Positions 57,674-64,000 of a stretch of DNA of 64,000 bases are shown one piece after another. Where the stretch lies: NCBI GenBank assembly GCA_964646765.1, contig CAZYIA010000001.1, positions 274,105-338,104 of the forward strand, given 5' to 3'. The notes under the pieces are model-generated. The model was not told where the DNA came from, did not search any database, and saw only the letters and a program-made list of their open reading frames with translations. The stretch's first letter is position 1. Each line of letters starts with the position of its first letter. The DNA comes from an uncultured Candidatus Saccharibacteria bacterium. Its GTDB lineage: Bacteria; Patescibacteriota; Minisyncoccia; Phycocordibacterales; UBA9973. The position numbers were made by a program, and so were the translations under genes.

Positions 57674-58736
57674 GTGCTTCAATAATTTGCCGCAAACTGG
57701 CAGCATCCGTGGCTTCGTCCATAATTTTCATTCGAAGTTCTTTGGAGCCTGACCAACCGTGAATGTAGGCCTTCACGTGCTTTTTCATAATCGAGAAACT
57801 CTTTATATCACCAAGAAGTTCTTCGAACAATGTCGCCTGTTCAATAAGCATGGAAAGCCGTTCCTCTTTTGAAACAGAGGAAATTGTATAGCGCGCATCC
57901 CCACCACTAAATTTTTTAGCAAAACGAGCTGGTAAGAAACGAGCATACCACGGCAATTTCCAATTTCCCTTCTGAACAATTTTTCGATTGCTATCAAACA
58001 ACCATGGGTTACCGAAGATTGCTCGACCAACCATAATACCGTCACAGCCAGTTTCTCGTACTTTCTTTTCCCCGTCTTCTCGATCGGAGACATCGCCATT
58101 ACCAATAATCTTGGTGGCAACTCCAAGTTTGTTACGAATTTCTACCGCTCGCTTTACAAATTCCCATCGTGCCGGCACTTTAGACATTTCTTTACGCGTT
58201 CGAGCATGCACAGTCAGCGCAGCAATATTTTCTTTGAGCAGTAGCGGAATCCAAGTTTCAAGTTCTACTGTGTTATAACCAACGCGAGTCTTAACCGAGA
58301 TTGGAAGATTTGGTGCGCCACGTTTCGCAGCGCGAACCACTTCGAGGGCAATATCGGGAGTTTTGATCATGCATGCTCCTGCACCTTGCTTCTCGATTGA
58401 TTTATCTGGACAACCCATATTAATATCGATACCGTCATAACCAAGTTCGGCACAAAGTTTTGCCGCTCCTTCAATATTTTTTGGATTCGAACCGAAGATT
58501 TGAGCAACGATCGGATGCTCTTCTTTGGTAAATGAGAGATCACGCATTAAAGCGTCTCGGCCGCCTTGCATTAAACCATCTGCGGAAACGAATTCTGTCC
58601 AAAATACATCAGGGCCGCCACCTATCTCTCCGTGGCGCGAGGCTTTTGCGACGATTTGCCGAAATGCCGCGTCAGTGACATCAGCCATTGGTGCAAGAGC
58701 GAAAAACGGTTTCGGTAACCGTTCCCAAAAGCCCAT
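57663..58736 (-). CDS. tRNA-dihydrouridine synthase
   Basis: LAPMADVTD, DINMGCP, HART, GNGD, MVGRAIFGNPW. Confidence 0.93.
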   Translation of the reverse strand: MGFWERLPKPFFALAPMADVTDAAFRQIVAKASRHGEIGGGPDVFWTEFVSADGLMQGGRDALMRDLSFTKEEHPIVAQIFGSNPKNIEGAAKLCAELGYDGIDINMGCPDKSIEKQGAGACMIKTPDIALEVVRAAKRGAPNLPISVKTRVGYNTVELETWIPLLLKENIAALTVHARTRKEMSKVPARWEFVKRAVEIRNKLGVATKIIGNGDVSDREDGEKKVRETGCDGIMVGRAIFGNPWLFDSNRKIVQKGNWKLPWYARFLPARFAKKFSGGDARYTISSVSKEERLSMLIEQATLFEELLGDIKSFSIMKKHVKAYIHGWSGSKELRMKIMDEATDAASLRQIIEAHER

Positions 58737-58743
58737 AAGTATA

Positions 58744-59649
58744 TTATCCGTTCTTTTTTGTTCCATCAGTTTGTGAAGCATCAGCTGAATCGCTGAACTT
58801 GTAATACACCTTTTTTGAAAAGCGAAGATCGATATATTCGAGTGCATCAGGAGTTTTTATCATCTTTGATTTTAGTGGATCGGTAGCAAGCGCTGCAGAA
58901 AGATATGAGAGTAATGTTTCAGGATTGTCATTACTTTTAACAACAATGCGACCACGATTTTCCATTGGTGGTGTTCCAATTAAGAACTCATTAGTGTCAC
59001 CTAAGAGTACAACAGCGTGTGGTGTAAACCCAAGTTTTTCCAGTCCTTCTGAAAACGCAACAACGGTACTGAACATCTCTGGCGATACTACCTGGGTACC
59101 AATTGCATTAGCCTCATCAGAAACAGCTCCGCCAAAAAATTTCAAATAAATTGTTCCACTAAATGCTGGTGCAGGAGCAAAAACATAGCCTTGATCATCA
59201 AGATACATACAGATTCCATCGAGTGAAAAATTATTACCACACCAGAGATACAATCCTTTGCGCTCAGTGGCGGTAAATGAGAGCGCTCGAAATCCATCTG
59301 GAACTAAGCGACTATCTTTGAGGCGAGGAAATTTTTCTGTGATATCTTCTAAAATTTCTTTCTTCGGATACACTAAAATACTATTTTTAGGAATGATCCA
59401 TAAAATAGTTCCGCTAAGTTGCGAAAAAATTTCGGCTTGAACTGCCAGAGGAGAAGTAACTTCAGTTCCTGATACATGTACCGTTGTGATTCGGAAAGTG
59501 GGCATACGAATAATAAGCACTACTCCCAAAAAACCAACCACAAGCGTTATAAAAATTGCATAAAGTACAAAAAAACGATGCTCTCCTCGCTTGCGCCGAA
59601 GCTCGAGTACACGTGGCGATTCTTTCCTGCTCCCGTAGTAGGTCGCCAT
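58744..59649 (-). CDS. FtsQ/DivIB-like protein
   Basis: N-terminal TM, POTRA-like segment, C-terminal EYIDLRF. Confidence 0.75.
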   Translation of the reverse strand: MATYYGSRKESPRVLELRRKRGEHRFFVLYAIFITLVVGFLGVVLIIRMPTFRITTVHVSGTEVTSPLAVQAEIFSQLSGTILWIIPKNSILVYPKKEILEDITEKFPRLKDSRLVPDGFRALSFTATERKGLYLWCGNNFSLDGICMYLDDQGYVFAPAPAFSGTIYLKFFGGAVSDEANAIGTQVVSPEMFSTVVAFSEGLEKLGFTPHAVVLLGDTNEFLIGTPPMENRGRIVVKSNDNPETLLSYLSAALATDPLKSKMIKTPDALEYIDLRFSKKVYYKFSDSADASQTDGTKKNG

Positions 59650-59656
59650 ACTTTTT

Positions 59657-60931
59657 TTATGAGCGACGTTTAATTATCGTTTTGCCACCCATATATGGCA
59701 CCAATACATCAGGGATACGAACTGAACCATCAGCATTCTGATAGTTTTCTAAAATAGCGGCAGGTAATCGAGAAGTAGCACAAGCAGTGTTGTTAAGCGA
59801 ATGAGCATAGCGAAGTTTACCGTCTTCATCTTTATAGCGGATATTTAAACGACGAGTTTGAAAATCATGAAAATACGAAGATGAGTGTGTTTCGCGATAC
59901 TTTGATTGTGATGGCATCCAAGCTTCAATGTCATACTTCTTTACTTGTCCTAAACCAAGATCACCGCCACAGTTCACCACGACATGGTATGGGAGCTTGA
60001 GCGCCTGCATAAGATTTTCGACATGCGCAGTTATTTCCTCATGAAATTGTACGGAAAGCTCGTGATTCGCTTCACATAAGATAACTTGTTCGAGTTTGAA
60101 AAATTCATGCACGCGAATAATACCTTTTACATCTTTGCCGTGTGCTCCAGCTTCACGACGAAAACATGGCGAGAAGGCTAAAATCTTTTTGGGAAAATCC
60201 GATTTCTCAAGTACTTCGTCAGAATGATAGAACATGGTGGCAACCTCGCCAGTTCCAGCAAGGTAATCGCCATCTTGAGTCTTATAGAGATCGTCTTCTC
60301 CTTGTGGTAAGTATCCGGTACCGAACAATGCGTCACGTTTTACAAGTGATGGCACAATCATCGGCGTATACCCTTTCTGAATAAAATACTGAAGCGTAAA
60401 TTGCCACAGTGCAAAGAAAAGTTCAGCCCCTTCATTTTTCATAAAGTAGCCACGAAAACCAGCAACTTTTGCACCACGCTCAAAATCAGCAAGGTCGAGA
60501 TCTTCACAAATCGCGACGTGATCTTTTGGAGTAAAATCAAATGTTGGAATATCGCCCCACTTTTTTACTTCTACGTTTTGCTCATCGCTCTCGCCTTCTG
60601 GAACTGTCATGTCGGGAATATTTGGTACTCGAAGCATCATTGCCTGCCAATCGTGCATCACAGTCTTTAATTCTTCTTCGCGGTTTTTGAGATCTTCTTT
60701 GAGCGTTTTCATCTCGTTGATCATCTGTAAGCGCTTGTTTGCGTCTTTTTCGACAGCGATGTGGTTAGACATCTGATTTTGCTCAGCACGTAATATTTCG
60801 AATGAAGAAAGAGCAGCGAGACGTTTATCGTCAAGCGCAAGAAGTTCCGTTACATCAAACGGAATGTGCTTCTTCTTTGCTCCTTCTTGGATGAGGTCTT
60901 TATTATCGCGGATGAATTTAATGTCGAGCAT
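59657..60931 (-). CDS. serS: Serine--tRNA ligase
   Basis: MLDIKFIR, CFRREAG, RVHEF, HSLNNT. Confidence 0.97.
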   Translation of the reverse strand: MLDIKFIRDNKDLIQEGAKKKHIPFDVTELLALDDKRLAALSSFEILRAEQNQMSNHIAVEKDANKRLQMINEMKTLKEDLKNREEELKTVMHDWQAMMLRVPNIPDMTVPEGESDEQNVEVKKWGDIPTFDFTPKDHVAICEDLDLADFERGAKVAGFRGYFMKNEGAELFFALWQFTLQYFIQKGYTPMIVPSLVKRDALFGTGYLPQGEDDLYKTQDGDYLAGTGEVATMFYHSDEVLEKSDFPKKILAFSPCFRREAGAHGKDVKGIIRVHEFFKLEQVILCEANHELSVQFHEEITAHVENLMQALKLPYHVVVNCGGDLGLGQVKKYDIEAWMPSQSKYRETHSSSYFHDFQTRRLNIRYKDEDGKLRYAHSLNNTACATSRLPAAILENYQNADGSVRIPDVLVPYMGGKTIIKRRS

Positions 60932-61014
60932 ATAGTATAGAGACCGAAAGTTTAAATTAAATTGAACTTTCAGTATTAAGCTATCCTAACAGCAAAGTAA
61001 TAAAATGGAAAGTT

Positions 61015-61866
61015 ATGCGAATACTACGAGATAGGGACATCCCTCCACAACTTCGAGAAATCCCACAACCACCCGAAATACTCTATATAGAGGGAGAATT
61101 GCCACCGCCTTCTACAATAGTACTTGGGGTTGTTGGCTCACGAAAATATACCCAGTACGGTAAAGAAGCATGTCGAGAGCTTATTATCTCTTTGCGTGGC
61201 TATCCAATTGCCATTATTTCGGGACTAGCATTAGGTATTGATGCTATCGCTCATGAGGCAGCTTTGGAAGCTAAACTAACAACTATCGCCTTTCCTGGGT
61301 CTGGGCTTCATCCACGAGCGCTCTACCCCGCTCAACATTTTTCTTTAGCCCAACGAATTATTGAGAGTGGTGGTGCACTTATTTCAGAACTTGATCCAAA
61401 TGAGCGTGCCGCACCGTGGACATTTCCAAAACGTAATCGCTTAATGGCTGGATACGCAAAAGCACTATTAGTTATTGAGGCAGAAGAAAAATCCGGCACA
61501 CTTATTACTGCACGATTAGCTACTGAATACAACCGCGATGTACTAGCGATTCCAGGATCAATTTTTTCGGCTACCTCTCGTGGCACTAATTTTTTAATTC
61601 GCCAAGGAGCCACTCCAATTCGTGACAAACATGATTTGTTAGAAGCTTTAGGTTTTGAGGAAATTAAAGAAAGAACGGTACAAGAGCAACTTGAAGAACT
61701 TTCACCGCAAGAAAAACTAGTCCTAGAAATTCTTAGTGAACCTACATCACGAGACACCATTATAGAGCGGCTAAACATTCCTGCACATGAAGTAAATATT
61801 GTGCTTTCTATTCTTGAAATTAAAGGCTTCATTAGCGAATCATTTGGTGAGATTAGACAAATTTGA
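61015..61866 (+). CDS. dprA: DNA-processing protein DprA
   Basis: VVGSR, SGLALGID, FPKRNR, SGTLITA. Confidence 0.96.
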   Translation: MRILRDRDIPPQLREIPQPPEILYIEGELPPPSTIVLGVVGSRKYTQYGKEACRELIISLRGYPIAIISGLALGIDAIAHEAALEAKLTTIAFPGSGLHPRALYPAQHFSLAQRIIESGGALISELDPNERAAPWTFPKRNRLMAGYAKALLVIEAEEKSGTLITARLATEYNRDVLAIPGSIFSATSRGTNFLIRQGATPIRDKHDLLEALGFEEIKERTVQEQLEELSPQEKLVLEILSEPTSRDTIIERLNIPAHEVNIVLSILEIKGFISESFGEIRQI

Positions 61867-61911
61867 CGTCAAAAATATTATCTTGTAGTTTAAAAAGAAA
61901 AAGAAATTACC

Positions 61912-62247
61912 ATGAAAACTTTACAATCTGCCATTTCCTACATTCTTAATTTGAATGATGGAATCTATGCCTTACTGTGCATAGTCATACTTTTACCAAT
62001 AAGCACATTTCTTAGCTACCAGTTGTTCGGTAACCTTAGTTCTAATAACGCTACTCTCATTGCTTTACTACTCGGTGTTCTGATACTGGCAATAATTGCT
62101 CTGGCCATATTTCTCTACGCTTTTGCTGGCATATTCATCAACTTAAAATTTTTAATAACTATTTTTTCTGTCATTTTCGGAATATTGCTTATTCTACAAA
62201 TAGTTGCCACTGGCGGACATACTATTTACGATGGTGTACCATACTAA
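61912..62247 (+). CDS. Orphan three-TM membrane protein
   Basis: Hydrophobic ORF between dprA and topA with its own hairpin at about 62295-62328. Confidence 0.6.
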   Translation: MKTLQSAISYILNLNDGIYALLCIVILLPISTFLSYQLFGNLSSNNATLIALLLGVLILAIIALAIFLYAFAGIFINLKFLITIFSVIFGILLILQIVATGGHTIYDGVPY

Positions 62248-62369
62248 AAGACATGCAAAAATTAATTTTAATTTAACTAAATCTGATAAATTTAAAAATG
62301 CCACTTAAGAACATTAGGGGGCATTTTTATTTGCCAAAAAAATGAAGCAGTGGTACTAATTAGCCCTAG

Positions 62370-64000
62370 ATGAAACTTTTAATCGTCGAATCACCATCAA
62401 AAGCAAAGACTATCGAGAAATATCTCGGTGGCGCTTTTACTGTGCGCGCTTCGGTTGGCCACATTCGCGATCTCCCAAAATCAAATAAGAAAGCAATCGA
62501 TATTGAGAAAGGTTTTGTCCCCCACTATGAAATCACGCCGGGCAAAGAAAAAGTAATTAACGAAATTGCAAGTCTTGCAAAGAAAGCAGATGAAATTATT
62601 TTGGCAACCGACCCAGACCGTGAAGGTGAAGCAATTTCTTGGCACATTACCGAGGCACTCAATTTAAAGAACACTAAATCCCGCCCAGTGAAGCGTGCAG
62701 TTTTTCATGAAATTACTAAAGACGCAGTGGAAGAAGCACTGAAACATCCACGCGAAATTGACGAAAAGCTAGTGAAAGCTCAAGAAGCTCGCCGCGTGCT
62801 TGATCGTCTTTTCGGCTATGATCTTTCGGGATTGATTTGGAAAAAAGTTCGCTATGGTCTTTCGGCTGGCCGCGTACAATCACCAGCACTCCGCATCATA
62901 ATGGAGCGTGAACGTGAAATTCGTGCATTCATTCCAGAAGATTACTGGGTACTAACGGGACAATTTGAAACCAAGAAAAAAGCTTCCCTTACTCTTACGT
63001 GCGTGGAAGAACCGCGCGATAAAAAAATTGTTGATCATATTTTAGATGCTGGAAAGAAAGGCGCTTGGAAAGTAACTGATCTAAAGGCAAGTGAACAAAA
63101 GCGCTCACCTCGTGCACCGTTTACCACAAGCACCTTACAACAAGCTGCAAGTTCACGTCTTGGATACTCTCCAAGCCGCACCATGCAAATTGCTCAAAAA
63201 CTGTACGAAGCTGGTTTCATCACCTATATGCGTACTGATTCGACAAACTTGGCTAAGCAAGCACAAGCTGAAATTCTTTCTCTCGTCACGAAAGAATATG
63301 GAAAAGAGTATGCTGAGGCTCGAGTATTTACGACTAAATCAAAGAATGCCCAAGAGGCTCACGAGGCTATTCGCCCAACTCACGCAACAACCATGAGCGC
63401 GGGTCATACCGACGAACAACACAAACTCTATCGCCTTATTTGGGAGAGAGCGGTTGCGTCACAGATGACGGATGCGAAACTCATGAAAACAAAAATCACC
63501 GCTCAAGTGGACGGTGAGAAAGATATCCCTGAATTTACAGCAAATGGTTCACGTATTCTTTTCCCTGGATGGCTCTCAGTTGATGTTGGCTCACGAGGTG
63601 AAGACGTGGAACTTCCTGAAGTCACTATTGGCGAAACACTCACCCTCAAAGATCTTTCCGCAGAAGGTAAACAAACCCAGCCTCCGGCTCGCTATACTGA
63701 AGCTGGTTTAGTGAAAGAACTTGAAGCTCGTGGCATTGGCCGCCCATCTACCTATGCGTCTATTATGCGTACGCTAGAAGATCGCGGTTATGTCACCAAA
63801 GAAGGCCGCACACTCTTCCCAACTGATACTGGGGATGTGGTTTCAACATTTATCGAAAATAATTTCAGTCAATATATTAGCGATACATTCACGGCTCAGA
63901 TGGAAGACGAGCTCGACGAAATCGCTAATGGTGAGCGTGAATATGTAAAAACCCTAAAAGAATTTTACGGTCCTTTTACTAAGGATATTAAATCGAAAGA
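62370..64000 (+). CDS. topA: DNA topoisomerase I (3' end beyond window)
   Basis: Manual translation MKLLIVESPSKAKTI...ATDPDREGE...SAGRVQ...ITYMRTDS...GIGRPSTY. Confidence 0.97.
   Translation, partial: MKLLIVESPSKAKTIEKYLGGAFTVRASVGHIRDLPKSNKKAIDIEKGFVPHYEITPGKEKVINEIASLAKKADEIILATDPDREGEAISWHITEALNLKNTKSRPVKRAVFHEITKDAVEEALKHPREIDEKLVKAQEARRVLDRLFGYDLSGLIWKKVRYGLSAGRVQSPALRIIMEREREIRAFIPEDYWVLTGQFETKKKASLTLTCVEEPRDKKIVDHILDAGKKGAWKVTDLKASEQKRSPRAPFTTSTLQQAASSRLGYSPSRTMQIAQKLYEAGFITYMRTDSTNLAKQAQAEILSLVTKEYGKEYAEARVFTTKSKNAQEAHEAIRPTHATTMSAGHTDEQHKLYRLIWERAVASQMTDAKLMKTKITAQVDGEKDIPEFTANGSRILFPGWLSVDVGSRGEDVELPEVTIGETLTLKDLSAEGKQTQPPARYTEAGLVKELEARGIGRPSTYASIMRTLEDRGYVTKEGRTLFPTDTGDVVSTFIENNFSQYISDTFTAQMEDELDEIANGEREYVKTLKEFYGPFTKDIKSK

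Noticed and set aside
63091-63711. Two short + strand ORFs in the track
   Set aside because: Out-of-frame ORFs inside topA, which is open to the window end

Overview
Chromosomal window from a small-genome bacterium. Gene content and style point to Patescibacteria/CPR, probably Parcubacteria (inference; standard genetic code, since TGA is used as a stop). Core genes: ndh (partial), an ECF sigma/anti-sigma pair, two VirD4/TrwB-like ATPases flanking two Cys-rich paralogs, gdhA, uvrC, uvrA, mraZ-rsmH-ftsL-ftsI-murF, truB, lysS, greA, mrdA, dnaX, purA, guaB, dus, ftsQ-like, serS, dprA and topA (partial). There are five CCA-less tRNAs (Pro-CGG, Ala-TGC, Ala-GGC, Glu-CTC, Gln-TTG) and several self-contained orphan cassettes. 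The most notable unexplained signals are non-coding: (1) a conserved structured element 3' of three tRNAs whose first stem pairs with, and varies with, each tRNA's 3' end; (2) a leaderless Phe/Tyr-rich leader peptide plus terminator/antiterminator upstream of an orphan Cys-rich gene; (3) a GTAA(G/C)-N16-CGTC ECF promoter in three places; (4) a 1.45-kb tRNA-Gln island with an RxxxxH (HEPN-like) gene and a possible recombinase tail; (5) a perfect 46-bp palindrome; (6) Bacteroidota-like purA/guaB/STAS genes. All family calls come from motif recognition by eye; no searches were run.
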